Assembly (NCBI GenBank): GCA_021613535.1
Contig: CP075493.1
Span: 15,190,001-15,254,000 of the forward strand
DNA: 64,000 nt
Origin: Adineta vaga
Lineage: Eukaryota > Animalia > Rotifera
Direction of reading: 5' to 3'
This document shows positions 1 through 14,176 of this stretch, one piece after another (the first letter of the stretch is position 1; each line of letters starts with the position of its first letter). The translations under genes and the position numbers were made by a program. The notes beneath the pieces were generated by a model that was given only the letters and a program-made list of their open reading frames with translations, was not told the origin of the DNA and did no database searches.

Positions 1-2
1 GC

Positions 3-3000
3 GTTCAATATTTTGTAAGTCATGTGTTTAATGGTAAAGAACGACAAATCGCTGATCAATTATTGTCTACTCATCGCGTTTGTTACACTCTATTGAAATG
101 TAATCGTTGTCTCGATTGGCGCGAAATATATGATGGAAAAATCGACTGTACAATCGATGGAATAGACGAAGAGAATTGTTTATCTTTAGAAATGAATGAA
201 TGTAATGAGAATGAATATCGATGTCATAATGGATTATGTATCCCTAAAGATTTTCTCGATGATTACTCATTTAGTCCAGATTGTTTAGATGGCGCTGATG
301 AATATATACCAAACCAAATGAGCAATACACTTTCTACTTATCCTGGTTGCTATCGAGATCCATCATTTCGATGTGAAGAATCTCATCATCCTCTACGATT
401 GAAAAGTTTTCCTTGTGGTGACGGTGAAACATTATTTACATTTGCATCATGTGCCAATGGTCGTCATTTTCTCGAATTTGAAATACTTTACTCTTTCGAC
501 CAAAATAATGCTCTATCATTCAATTGTTGGCTTTTATTATATTGTGCTACTGCATTTGATCGCCAATTTGATCAATGTAAAACAATTTGTAAATCTTACG
601 AATGTAGTTATAATTTATCTGAACAATGTCATTCAACATATATTTTCTTTCCACAAACTGCGATTCTTCATAATCATATTCGATTTGCTTATGCAACAAA
701 TGAAACTATACGAAGAAAACGTTATCAACGAGCATTATTACCTCATTTTGTTTGTTATGAGTTTCAACGATGTCCGTTTTTAATACCGACATTATTCATC
801 AATGGTTTACCTTGTCAACGTACTTTAGAATTAAATATTAAACAATATTATGAAATTGATCAATACTTTCGAGCATGTATAAATGAATATAAAACCAAAA
901 AATCTACTCTTATTCAATGTTCAAATACAGGAAAATTTATTTCAAAATATCGTCTTTTAGATGGAATCATTGATTGTTATAATGCGACTGATGAAAATGG
1001 TATCGATGGATGTTCGTTAAATGATCCATATCGATTTGTATGTTCATCCGAAAAGAAGTGTATTTCACGTGTTGCTAAATATGATTCTGTACCAGATTGT
1101 TTCAAAGATGAAGATGAAAGGCGTTACAAAAAAATCAGATTTTCCTTTCAAGAATTATGTAATGGATTTACACATATGAATAGAGAAATTATCGATAATC
1201 AAACGGAAACAGATGAAACGAATTGTGACGAATGGCCATGTGATAATCTCTACACACGTTGTGATAAAGCCTGGTCTTGTTTAAATGGAGCTGATGAATC
1301 AAAATGTACGGCTTTACAGTGTTCTCCTACAGATGATACCATACCATGTATTTCGCCATATAATTTTACTGAATTTTGTTTACCGATTTCTCGTGCGAAT
1401 GATGGAATCATCGATTGTCTTGGTTCAAGTGATGAACGATCATATTGTCGATCGAAATATGAAGGACAACTTCTCAATCCATACCGATGTTGGAATGATT
1501 CGAAGTGTATTCAAGCTGAAGTTATATGTTTAAAAGGATTTTGTCCTTTTGAAGATCTTTCAAATCAATGTAAAGAAAATCATTTGGATTATCTTATATT
1601 AAGTATGAAAAAAGATTATCATCGATCGCAATTTCCATATGAAAAATTTTTCTTTCTCGAAGATCAAAATATATCATTACGATCGTTCGAACAAAAATTT
1701 CCGATAGAGGAAATCGTTTCTGATTCTTATCTGATACAATTTGACCATTGGAAATGTAATCGTGGTATACCAGTTGAAATGAATAATACTTATCGTTGTT
1801 TTTGTCCACCAAGTTATTATGGAAATCAATGTCAATTTCAAAGTCAACGCGTTAGTTTAACTTTACAAATACGAAAAATCTGTGCACCAAGTTGTCATGG
1901 TGTGTTTCAACTTCTATTAACTTTATTTGATAATAAACAAATGATACATTCTCAAGAACAATTAACCTATCATACAACCACAGATTGTAAAAGAAAACTC
2001 AATAGTTATTTACTATACAATCAGCGAGCAAAAGATTTGAAGAAAAATTATAGTATTCGTATCGATGTCTATAATAAAATAAGTATATCTTATTATGCTT
2101 CTTGGTTCTACTCAATTCCATTTCAATTTCTTCCAGTAAATCGAATTGCAATGCTATTGATCATACCAGCAACTCCGATGATTTATTCTAAATGTTCAAA
2201 ATCATGTATTCATGGACATTGTTCTTTGTATGTGAACACTCTCGAACAAGTATGTATTTGTGAATCTGGCTGGTCAGGTGAAGAATGTAATATTCCACTA
2301 AATGTCGATGTTCATCTCATTCATTATGTCTTGGTGTAATTAATAATAGATCAACTTGTTTATGTCCATTAAATGAAACAGGACCACGATGTCTTCTACC
2401 TTCCATATGTCAAAAAGTATCATGTCCTGATAAAAATGAAATTTGTATTCCCCTTGATAGGCCTGATAACAGATACATATGTTACTGTTGGGCAAGATTT
2501 CCAGGAGATTATTGCGAGAAAACTTTTCGAATGGAAGTTTCCTTTTCAAAATTAGCAATTCCACAAATATTTTTAGCTCATATCATTGAGGCTAAGAGTG
2601 ATAGCGAAATTTCAAGTAAAACAACATCGATTAGAATACGACAAGATCAAGATGAAGGAATGATTATTATACAAAAATATCTTTTTAATCTTTTATTTAT
2701 TCAAATACATGATCAATATTATTTAGCTATGAAATCAAACCGTCAATTATTATCGGGAACAAAACTAATTCTTGATCCGTCTTATCATTGTCCACATATT
2801 CGAGAATTACTCGATACAAGATTGATTCCATATCCGCTTCTTCGTCGTGCGAAATTTTACCATCGAATTTGTCGACAACGATTAGATTTACATTGTTTTC
2901 ATGATCAAGAAGAATTGTTATGTCTGTGTACAAAAGAACGACATGCGAATTGTTTGAATTTTGATTTTAATTTAACGTACAATTGTGATGGATTAAGTGA

Positions 3001-4072
3001 TTGTCAAAATAATGCAAAATGTTTTCAAGATTCTGATCTATGTCCAAATTGGATTCTATGTGAATGTTCCGAATGTTTCTATGGTAGTAAATGTCAATTT
3101 ACAACGAAAGGTTTTGGTCTATCACTTGATGCGATACTTGGATATAGTATTCGACCACATCTTTCTCTTCATCGTCAATTTAATATTATCAAAATTAGTA
3201 TAATTATAACAATGTTGATGTTTATCGTAGGATTGATTAATGGAATTTTATCGATAATGACTTTTCGGTTGAAAAAATTTCAAGAAGTAGGCTGTGGATA
3301 TTATTTATTAATATTATCGATAATTTCATTATTAATTACAATTATATTTACTTGGAAATTTAGTATTTTTCTTCTTTCACAAATGTTAGTTATCAAGAAT
3401 CGAAGTTTGCTTCATTTGAATTGTATTTTGGTTGATTTTATTCTTCGATCATTACTTATAACCAGTGATTGGTTCAATGCAGTTATTTCATGTGAACGAG
3501 CTATAACAGCAATTCAAGGAGTGAAATTTAACAAAAGAAAAAGTTGTCTGATAGCTCGATCTATGATCATTCCTCTCATTGTTATTGTCTTTGTTAGTAC
3601 AATACATGATCCAATCTATCGACAATTAATTGATGATGAAGAAGATAAACGAATTTGGTGTTTTGTTCAATATTCATCGTCTCAATTGGAATTATTAAGT
3701 TTATCAATAAATATTTTTCATTTTATTTTACCTTTTCTAATCAATATTCTTTCAGCTTTGATGATTATTATTAGTACAGCAAAACAACGTGCATCAGCTC
3801 AAAAACAACGAAGTTATCGTCAACATCTTCGTGAACAATGGCGTCATCATAATCATCTCATTTTCAGTTCGATTATTCTCGTTATTTTAGCAATTCCACG
3901 ATTGATTATTTCATTTCTTACTGGTTGTATGAAATCACCTCGTCAACCAGAAGTCTTTTTAGTCGGTTATTTCATCTCATTAGTTTCATCTCTTCTTTCT
4001 TTTATCATTTATATTTTACCTTCACAGACTTATAAAAAAGAATTTATTAAAATAATGAGAACATGGATATGA
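3..4072 (+). CDS. LDLa-repeat/EGF-ectodomain 7TM GPCR, 5' end outside the window; single frameshift at ~2300
   Basis: Frame is open from base 3. Multiple LDLa motifs (CDG..DC..G.DE) and EGF motifs (CFCPPSYYGNQC). After ...CNIPL at 2300 the shifted frame reads KCRCSSHSLCLG...DYCEKTFRMEV directly into ORF 2531..4072, which has hydrophobic TM segments, SCERAI in place of DRY, and YILPSQTYKKEF at TM7/helix 8. Confidence 0.85.
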
Positions 4073-5292
4073 ATCATAAGTATACATTCCTCTTTATGCT
4101 TTTTCCCTCATCTTTGATTCTCTTGATATTTGATGAAATTTCTTAATTATCTTTTTAAAATTCTATTGTATCAAACTTGATTCTTAATTAAGACGAAAAA
4201 TAAATGAGGGTATTCTTATTTTTAAGATTTAGTGACAGAAGTTAAGTTATTTATTTGAATTTTACGCATCCTGAAATTTATTACGATATAACTATCTACA
4301 CAAGAAAGGAGAAAAATCAGTTTTAAAGTGGTCTGACGGAATAGAATCAGACAGCACAAATAAATTTTATAAGTCATCGATATTATACTTAAATTTCATA
4401 CATTTCTGCGCGTTATGCTTTCCATTATTGGTCTGAATAAAAATTAAATTTCTCGGTCGATGTTAGAGGAATCAACGGTATAAACACAAGTACGTTAGAA
4501 CGAGTCCGCCCATTATCAAAGGTTGTCGTCCCCGTTCGAAAAACCGATCGCAAGCAGTATTGTGCAATGAAATAACATCTTCTTAGTTCTTTTGTCTAAA
4601 ATCACGCCTTCAAAATATTTACTATCTTATAGGTTTATACAAATCAAAATTTTCGATCATCATTATCAAAGATTGAGTTCATACGAAATAAAATCAACTG
4701 ATTCATGATGGGATCCAACGAGCAAAAAGTTGTAAATAATGTCTATTACTAATAATTTCTATTACAATTTATGGATATTGTGAATGAAAATTCTCATTTT
4801 AGTCCTCGTCACGGTCGATATTTTAGTTTGCAGTCCTGCTGCTGCTCAATTATTTAACTTTTTGTGCTAGTGGTGTTGGTAGTTGTACCCATTATTGTGA
4901 TTGAAATAAAGAACTATATACAATTATTCTCTCTTCCTGTTCGTTTTCGCATGCGATCTTTCGATGAAAAAACTTCTTAATTACTCTTAAAAATATAACC
5001 GAGAAAAAGAAAACCTGATTTGATTCTTCGTCAAATAATAAGTTGGAAAAAAAACATTTTCGCATTACTTCCTCTTTTTCATTACAAAAATATGCAATGT
5101 ACCATGATCAAATAGAGGTCATGCATCATTTGTTTTCTTCCCATATTCAACAATATCACCATACTTTGATTTAGTCAATGAATCAGTGAATATCACGAAA
5201 TATAATAAATGAGTAGGGGTATTTTTGACACAAAAATATTGATCATTAAATACAATTTCATTCCTACTCTCTAGGTAAGCTATTCCTTCGAA

Positions 5293-7902
5293 ATGTCATT
5301 ATTACGAAGTAATCGTTATGTAAATAAAAATATCTCAGAACTTCAAGATGCCAATCGTAGTCCAATCCATGGCTATAAAAATCAAATGTTAATGACATTA
5401 GAAGAATCGGTTGAAAAACTTCTTCCATTTGTCAATGATATAGTGAAATATGTTGATGATGCTAAACAAAAATGTAATCGAGAACTTAATTTATTAACAT
5501 GGGATGAATCAGCTGCGATTTATCTCTATACAATGTCAACACCGTTCTTTTCTTCGCTTAATGATACACTTCGAGCTGAAAATCGTTATGCATTAAAACC
5601 ATGGTTTCCTTTTTTAAAATTATTTTTAAATGCCTTAGAAAAATTACCATCATCGACGACAACAGTCTGGAGAGCTGTGTCAGGTGATACGGATAATTAT
5701 TCATTGAAAGATGATATTAAAATTTGGTGGAGTATCAATTCTTCTTCAACAGCACTTAATGTTGTTCAAATTTATTTGGGTGAAAGAGGAACTTTGTTTG
5801 CTATTGAAACGATTCGCGGAAAAAGAATTGACGAATATTCAGCTTTTCCAGATGAACAAGAAGTTATTATTATGCCAGGAACATTTTTAAAAATTGAAAG
5901 TGAACCATTGAATTTTATTGATCTTCTTTTAGTTGTTCACTTGAAAGAAGAATCAATTATTCATCAAAATCATGAAAAGTAAGTTATATCTTAAGAATTG
6001 ATATGAATTCGGATTCTTTTTTTTGTTTAGTGTAAATTTAAATCTTTCGTCAAGTACAAATTCTTTATTAAATGATTTTTCTATTGATAATATGAATATC
6101 GATGATCGTTCAAGACTTCTTTTATCAGAAAATGTTCGGAATATGCGTAGTTTTTCAACACTTTCAAAATGTTCGATGATCATTTCAATAATATTTACAA
6201 TATTATTACCAGGAACAACTTTTGCTTTTTTGATAAAAACATTATTTTTCTCATCATCATATACGCATTCGTCGGATCCCTTTCAAGTATATACAACATC
6301 TACTAGAAGTACAACAACAGATTTATTAGATGGGGTTATTTCAACTAGTAAGTTTTCTTATAATTTTGAATTGAAATCATCGAATAGTAACTTCATTGAA
6401 TTTAGCTTGTTCTCATCGTCAATTTCATATCGAAGCTAATATTCTTTATTCATTTGATTGTTCAAGTTTTACTGATGAAATTGAAGGAAAATACAATGGA
6501 ATTTTAACACAAGATTTTTGGATAACATATTCTGTACGTATTTCATTTGACAATACAAATATCATAGAAGAAAAAAAAGAATATCTTCTAGGAGAAATTA
6601 AAAGGAGTAGTTTATATCTCTCCAGATTATTCTGGTAAAGGTTCCGCAATCAAATTTAATTCTAATACGAGTCAATCTATTCAATTAACTCGTTCGCCAA
6701 ACTTATTTAATCAATCGTTTACAATCAGTTTTTGGATCAATCCAAATATTGAAAATTCATCAATTTATGGTTTATTCAATCAGATTTACGTTACTGCACC
6801 TTCGTTTAATATTTCAATAATTGAAGAATATATTGTCACGAATATTTATGGTTCATCATTATGGTCAACAAAGAAATTAGAAAAAAATCGATGGCAATAT
6901 TTATCATTGATATTTAACAAAAAGAACTTATCAATGAGTATTTATATTGATGGAATTTTCAATACAGAAAGTTTGCTTGGACATCATTCGTATGGAAATT
7001 TTGAAATAACAAAAACAACGTGCGGAAGTCTTAATACAATGAATACATTTCATGGTTTAATTGATCAATTATCGATTTTATTCGAAGTTAAAAATCCGAT
7101 TGATATACTTAATGAAGCAACACTTGTTTTTCATTATAATTTTCAAGATAATAATAATGATAATGATTTTCTTTTTAAAGATTCAAGTGTTAATTCCATA
7201 CATGCACAAGGTTCATATGTATCTCATTTAATTGATAAATCAAATCATTATAGTTTATCATTATATAATTCAATGTTATCTTATTTTCAAACCGAAAATT
7301 TTCTTTCAACATTTGATTATTCATATTCATTATGGATTCATATATCAAATCAATCATCTTCGATTATATCAGTTTTACATTTAGTGACGAAATCATCAAG
7401 TAAAAATAGTACAAAAAAATGTTTAAATCATCTGATTTTCAATCAAACAGGTTTATTATTAATAGAATCAAATTTTGTAGAATCGATTTTTCTTGTTTTA
7501 GGAGATAATAAATTACAATTATCAATGTATATTTATGAGTTGAATGAAACAATTATTTTGAAATCAAATATATCAATTGATTATTCTACATGGTTTCATT
7601 TTGTATTTATATCAGGAATGAATAATTTCTCACTTTATATCAATGGTAATCTTGTTAATTTATTGAATCGAACAAATTTATTCAAAATAAATAATCAACA
7701 ACGTTTTACTTTAACTATTGGAAATCCTCAACATCAATTATCGAATAATTATCTATGTTATTTTAATCAAACGTTTATTACATCACAACAAACTGTCATT
7801 GGAATTGATGATCTAAGATTTTATTCACGACAATTAAAATATCAAGAAATTCAAGCACTCTATAAAAATGATCTCGATCCAACGAAATTCTTCTTTGATT
7901 AA
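5293..7902 (+). CDS. Mono-ADP-ribosyltransferase-TM-2x LamG/pentraxin fusion, 4 exons, 813 aa
   Basis: Exons 5293-5978, 6031-6347, 6406-6533 and 6592-7902 join in frame across GT-AG introns (2442 nt). ART motifs VWR, WWSINSSS and DEQEV; TM IISIIFTILLPGTTFAFLI; Ser/Thr stalk; LamG motifs FTISFWI, WQYL..., IYIDG, IDDLRFYSR. Confidence 0.8.
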
Positions 7903-7974
7903 AAGAACAAATTTGCGCAATTCGATGTTTTTTTTGTCTTTCAATTCAAATAAATAATTCTCGGTCACTACTGT

Positions 7975-8110
7975 CTTCTCAGTTTGTCATTGCCAGATGC
8001 GTCCCATTGATTCACGAAATATTCTTTTCTGTATACTTCTGATGGCATAGAACAAATTCAACAAATGTCATCATCGATGGAATGAACGAAATAAAATAAT
8101 CAATGAAATA
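7975..8110 (-). pseudogene. Orphan TM7/helix-8 fragment of a GPCR
   Basis: Minus strand reads approximately FISFIPSMMTFVEFVL-PSEVYRKE with frameshifts, resembling the C-terminus of the 2531..4072 receptor. Confidence 0.4.
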
Positions 8111-8128
8111 GAACCGAGAATCTCGCGC

Positions 8129-8180
8129 TGGGTATGGGTGGGTGTGGATGTGAAGAGATGCCAACACCCACACCCTCAAG
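8129..8180. repeat. Telomere-repeat hairpin element copy
   Basis: TGGGTATGGGTGGGTGTGG...CACCCACACCCTCAAG. Confidence 0.7.
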
Positions 8181-8965
8181 TGTTGATAATAAGCTTATGC
8201 TCTATTAAATAATTAGATAAGTTTTACAAGATGTTTTTTGTTCGTTTATAATAAAACGAATATAACGAAGAAGAATTGAAGTGATTGTGAGAATTAATAA
8301 TAGAAAATAACATTTTTCATCTTTTCTACATCCGCAGTTCAATCGTTTTGAATTTTATTCTTGAAAAAAAACTTTTTGATTTATTTGTCCTTATATAGAC
8401 TCTTATCTTCTAATCTCTTTTTTTATGAAATTAAAGTCAACTCGTTTGTACGTTTACACAGATTTTTTTAAAGAAATATTCTATATGTATTCATCATTAT
8501 GATAGAATGATAATTGTTTCTCTTTTCATCTAATCTTTGAGTTTAACATTACTTTTGATTTGAAAAAGAGAAAGAGATTCTTTTCTTTAATCTTTTTCAA
8601 GTATTTTATTTATATTTGTTTCTTAATACTTTACCTTTAGAGAGAATAAATAAGTTGTTAGAACAAAGTAAAATCTGCGAGTAATCGCTCATATTATTCT
8701 CTTTATCAGTGAATATAATAAAATCTATATTGAAAATGAATTTCTCTAAAGATTGAAATTTCTCTTCATATATTTTCGTAGCTCTGAATGTTTTTTCTTT
8801 TTTTTTAAGATAAAATGATGCTGATATAATAGTTTCCTACATGACTTGATACTCTTTTTCTGTATCCGAATATTCTCTAAAACCAAAATAATATTGAATC
8901 AGTGTTTTATATTTTATTAAAATTTTCTAATAAAAAAGAAAAGTATGTCGTCTTTTCCATATTAA

Positions 8966-9260
8966 TCCTTTGGTTACGGATCACATATACATATATATGT
9001 TTTGAATTTTTGCAGATATTACCATCGTTATAATATCATTTAGATTCTTTCGAAAGAAACTCCTATCTTTTCCATTTTTCTTCAGAACATTATTACATCA
9101 TCATCATCATCTTGCATTACTATACGTGTATGTGCAGTCTCGTACATTCTCCCTAGTTCCAGCAAGAACAACAGGAAAAAGTGTAAGAAAACACGTTATC
9201 ATAGTGTGGTAGATTGTTTCGAAGCGAGTATCATACTTTAAAACACGCGCAGCCAAAGGG
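8966..9260. mobile_element. piggyBac-like non-autonomous element (MITE)
   Basis: TTAA at 8962-8965 and 9261-9264 flank imperfect TIRs TCCTTTGGTTACG / CGCAGCCAAAGGG; no coding capacity. Confidence 0.65.
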
Positions 9261-10144
9261 TTAATATTTCATTCGCTAATAAAGATTGTCATCATGGATA
9301 AATATTTCGTAATAAAGTAAGGATAAGTTACACATAGTGAAAAATGATTTCTAGAATTCGTCAATAGACTATTGATAATAATACCAGAGATTAATTTCAT
9401 TATTTTTTCTTATTTTCAAATCTTGCCTCTAAATTTACTGTACTTCCTTAACTCTCGTTATGTTTGAAATCGATTATATAGCTGAAAACGTTCTTTTTTC
9501 CTTCTTTATTTAGAAAATTTATTTTATTTCATAAATTCATATTAAAACATCCTTTAAGCAGTTTATGTTGATGACGCACATATTTGTTAGTGTTCATTTA
9601 CTTGCCAGAAATACTTACTTCATATTTACAAGAAGATTAGTTTTGATCTTCATTTACTTTTCAGTTTTGATGAAATGAAAGGCTTTTTTTCTTATAATTT
9701 GACAAAAGTGAGAATTTCTTATCTTGTTTCTTCAGTATAACAATTTACACACGTAACTTTAAATTTCGAAAAAATACTCAGATCCATTTTGAATTTTGAA
9801 TTCTTCATCTATAACATAGTCATAGGTAATCGTCTTTTCATAAGTATTTGTAGAAAAATATTTCTTCAACAATGAACTTAGAATGCAATTAAAAAGTGTG
9901 TGTCACATGCAGATTTCATTATCGATAAAGAATTATTTTATATTTTGCATATCCGAGAGTATATGACCCACATCTAAATTCAAGTTTCTAAATAGTAAAG
10001 GTCATGCCTATGTATTATTATTTCGTTCAGCAATGTAAAAAAAATAGAAATTTCGTAAATGCAATAACCGCGTGTATTTCACAAACAAAACTTATCTTAA
10101 TTGATTTATTTTTTAGTTCATTTTAATCACATTCAACATATATA

Positions 10145-11111
10145 GTGGCAATTTCTTTTTCTGTACGTGTATGGATTTATTTACTACCTTTAATTCCATC
10201 GATTTTCGTAACCATATTTACTCTCTATCATTTTCTTTCTAATCGAACACTTCGTAAAGCTCTCAATAATCATGCTATTATTGCTCTTCTTACTATTGGT
10301 CTTATTGAAGAACTTACCGATACTATATGGTTAATTCATTTTTTATCGTACAAGCACACCTCTAGTAACAACACCTAGTTTTTGTATTATTTGGACGTTT
10401 TTGGGTACATCTCTGGTAGTATCTACTTATATTTTAATGGCTTGGGCATCAATTGAACGACATATGCTTATTTTTCATTCGAATTTGTTATCAACGAAAA
10501 GCAAAAGATTCTTCTTACATTATTGTCCAATGACACTATGTATTATGTGGCCTTTCATATTTTATTTTATCGTATTTATTATTATACCATGTGATAGTCC
10601 AATTATTTATAGCAGAAAACAATGTAGCTGGTATTCATGTTTACTTCGTAATTATTCTCTTGCACTGTGGGATAGTCTTGCACATTTTATTATACCAACG
10701 TTTATCATTTTGATATTCAGTGTGGCTCTTTTTATACGTGTTTTATATCGTAAGTATCGTATACATCGACGAATTGACTGGAGAAATTATAAGAAAATGG
10801 CTACACAATTATTATTAATATCTTTACTTTATATATTATTGCAGCTTCCACCAATGATTATATATGCTGGTTATTCAGCTGGTTTACCCCGAACTGTAGC
10901 AGCAGATTTTTACACTGATTCTCTTTTCTTTAGTCTTTGGATTATATTATTTACTCCATTTGTAAGCGCTGTATCATTACCTGAACTACGAACTAAATGT
11001 AGAAATATTAATGGATTTTGTAAAAGAAACCGTATTGTTGCTCCAAATATAACAGTACCAAATCGTCCAAAGAATATACCAACTACTGTAAAACTTACAA
11101 CTGGATTATAA
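10145..11111 (+). CDS. Rhodopsin-class GPCR with a frameshift in a T-run at ~10340
   Basis: TM1-2 in ORF 10145, TM3-7 in ORF 10401 (WASIERH, LPELR). Removing one T from the homopolymer gives IHFYRTSTPLVTTPSFCIIWTFLG, which joins the two. Confidence 0.8.
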
Positions 11112-11743
11112 TGTTTGTTCAACAAATTCAATCAAGACGAAGTATTTAATATAGACATTATTTGTCGATGGGCAATGTATTTGATGTTGTATCAACGTTG
11201 TTGTTTGCTTTTTGCATCACTTTGTTTGTTTCATTGTCAATAAAATGAACTCGATATAGTAAATTAAATCATTTGCATATATATTTTAAAACTTTTTGAC
11301 GCTTATAGATAAATAACTAATAGGACAAGGTGAAATGATATTTTTACTATTAGAATCCTCTCAAAAAACTTTATGTTTCAGTAGAATGGTCGAATAATCA
11401 TCGATCAATTCAAATAAATCGCGTCAATTATTGAATTTTTTTGATTGGTTTATAGTACGATGTACTTTTTTCTTTTCCATACACAATTTGATAAACATAA
11501 AAACCCAGCATCTAGAATAATTATCAAGGACAAATTATAGATGAAATATTCCATAAATACTTGTTCTCTTTTATATTATTTCTTTATTCATGCGAATAAT
11601 AAATACATATATATGAATTTTATTCAAATTATTTCAAGAAAAAAAAACGATGAATAAGTGCCATACTCATATATATATATATGTTCGTTTGATCGATTAA
11701 GTTTGCTATTATTATTAGTTTTACGAATAAAACATATACAAAT

Positions 11744-12037
11744 ATGCGTATGATAATTCTTGTCGCTGTATCTTTATTATTATTTGTTACATCATTGAAT
11801 GGAAAACGTTTATACAACGAAAATGATGAGAATTTGGAAATAACGGATAAAAAAGCTCGAATGTTTCTTCGTTCAATGATCGATGATAGTGATGATTCAG
11901 CCATGTTGGATACTCGTCAAGCTCAAAAACAATGTACTCCATGTAAATTTAATATTGCACCTTGTTGTTCCCCGAATTATTGCCGAAAGAAATTTCTTCG
12001 TCCAGATGAATGTGTCGAAGTTAAACAAGGAAAATAA
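11744..12037 (+). CDS. Secreted cysteine-rich prepropeptide, knottin/ICK-like framework C-C-CC-C-C
   Basis: Signal peptide MRMIILVAVSLLLFVTSLNG; acidic pro-region ending DTR; mature region QAQKQCTPCKFNIAPCCSPNYCRKKFLRPDECVEVKQ-GK. Confidence 0.75.
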   Translation: MRMIILVAVSLLLFVTSLNGKRLYNENDENLEITDKKARMFLRSMIDDSDDSAMLDTRQAQKQCTPCKFNIAPCCSPNYCRKKFLRPDECVEVKQGK

Positions 12038-12891
12038 ACAGAATCTTTTTTTTTTACTATATTTTATTCAAAATTTTCTTAATCATTTTTTGTATTTTAT
12101 ACTAGCAGTAATTATTTACTCAATTGATTATTTTAAAAGACAATTTATAATTTCAATAAAGATTTTTTTATCTTGGGTGTGCTTAGTGTGTCTGTCTAAT
12201 TTATAAAATATAATAATAAAAGAAACAGATCCTATCCATTGAATTTTATAAAAAAAAATCCAACAAAAAGAATATCATGAAAGTTCTTGCAGGAATATTT
12301 CGCAGCAGGGAGTCATTTTTTCTATGTCATCTCATTTACATATTTATAGAATATTTGTCGATTTAATCCATTTTCATTGAAGATATGGGTTCCAATTGAT
12401 GAGAATATTATCGTGGACTCTTACCCTTATATAGTCACATCTTTTAGAGATGAGTACTGAAGTTTATGAAGAGTGTGAACATCGTTTCTTGAATTTGTTT
12501 TCTTATCTACTCACACCCTCAAGATGGGATAAAGTAACACATAATTTCGATAACACTCTCGATAGATTTCACTATAATGTTCTCTTTTGATTCAACTGCA
12601 TTGACGTTACTACGGCAATCATTGCACATTCTGCACCACTATAATGGATTGATCAACAAAAATGTATTTAACTGTTGAATAGTTTCTGTTTCTGCTTTTA
12701 TAAATCAACTTTTTTTTCTTCTCACGTTGAGGTAAACAAACATCAATTCTCAATCAGCAGGTCGAAACGAATTTTCACGCATGGTATATATATATAAGTA
12801 TGAACATGTCTTCACCATAGGAGAAGGAATTATATTTTTACTTATTTAGATTGAACAACTAATAGTGTGTTCGAATTTCGATGAAGTGGCC

Positions 12892-13953
12892 ATGTCTCAT
12901 ATGCCTGTATTTTTTCGAATAGTAATTGTTGGACTTATTGTCTTTGTCTGTTTCTCAAGTTTGTATCTATCAGAAAGAACGACTTCTGAAACAACACATT
13001 TTGTTCTCCAAGTTCTCATTGAATATTTGACCGATCTTCAATCATGCATTCGACAAGAAAATGTAATTGATCAATCTACAAAGCCAGATCCTTGTAATGA
13101 AGTTTGCAAAGTTCCAGAAGTTAAAAATAATTATGATTTATCTCAATACAACTATAAATGCCCTCATCATCGATTTCACACTCGAATCATTGAACGAAGT
13201 CCATTGATTATCTATATTGAACAGTTTCTTACTGAAAATGAAATTCAATATTTAATCGATCTGGCGTAAGTAATGAATTACTCACTGTTATCGTACATAT
13301 ATGTTATTTTCAATGCACTATAGAGAGCCTTTGTTTGAACCTTCCAGAACTATGAATGATGACGGAAGTTTCAAGGTCAACGAATATCGAACATCAAGTT
13401 CAGCTCTTATCGAACATCATCAGACGCCAATTATAGAATGCGTTGAACGACGATTCGCACAGTTTCAAGGTGATGTCGATGTAGATTGTATCGAAGAATT
13501 ACAAGTAGTCAAATATACATCCGGTCAACAGGTACAATACAATCTTACATGTGTTTCGAAGAAAATCTAGTTTTGTTTTAGTATAAACCTCATTATGACT
13601 GGTTATCCAATCCAGAACATCTGAAAGATGGTGGTCAACGTGTGACAACGTTTTTCACCTACCTTCAAGCCAATTGTTCCAAGGGTGAAACTGAATTCCT
13701 TCCTATTCGATATAATAAAACGCATCATGAACGATTTTGTGATATTTTAATTTGTGATGAAAAATCACACGAATTTGGCATTCGTTTTCGTCCGATAGCT
13801 GGAAATACTATATTTTGGTATAATATGGATGAATTTGGGCAGGTTGACCATTTAACATATCATGCTGGTCGTCCACCTGGTGAAAATGGTCAGAAAATTG
13901 GATTGAATACTTGGACACGTTTACAAAAAATTGGCTATCCACCCAAGAAGTGA
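12892..13953 (+). CDS. Prolyl 4-hydroxylase-like 2OG-Fe(II) dioxygenase with N-terminal membrane anchor, 3 exons
   Basis: SPLIIYIEQFLTENE, RTSSS, LQVVKY, YKPHYDW (HxD), TYHAG and KIGLNTW motifs; introns at ~13266-13323 and ~13532-13581. Confidence 0.85.
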
Positions 13954-14176
13954 TTTGCATATCACCGTCATCTACAATGATCAGAAATACTTATAAATAA
14001 TTGTTTTTTCGTTTATTCATTCTTCTCACTGACTGCATCTTCTACCAATACATTTTCTTTCTATTCTTTTATCTATACTATAATAAAATCGTCACAACCC
14101 ACTTTTTTTTACTTATTGTAAAACAACGAAATTCAGATACACAACCTTTTTAGATTGAATAAGACGATAAAAATCT

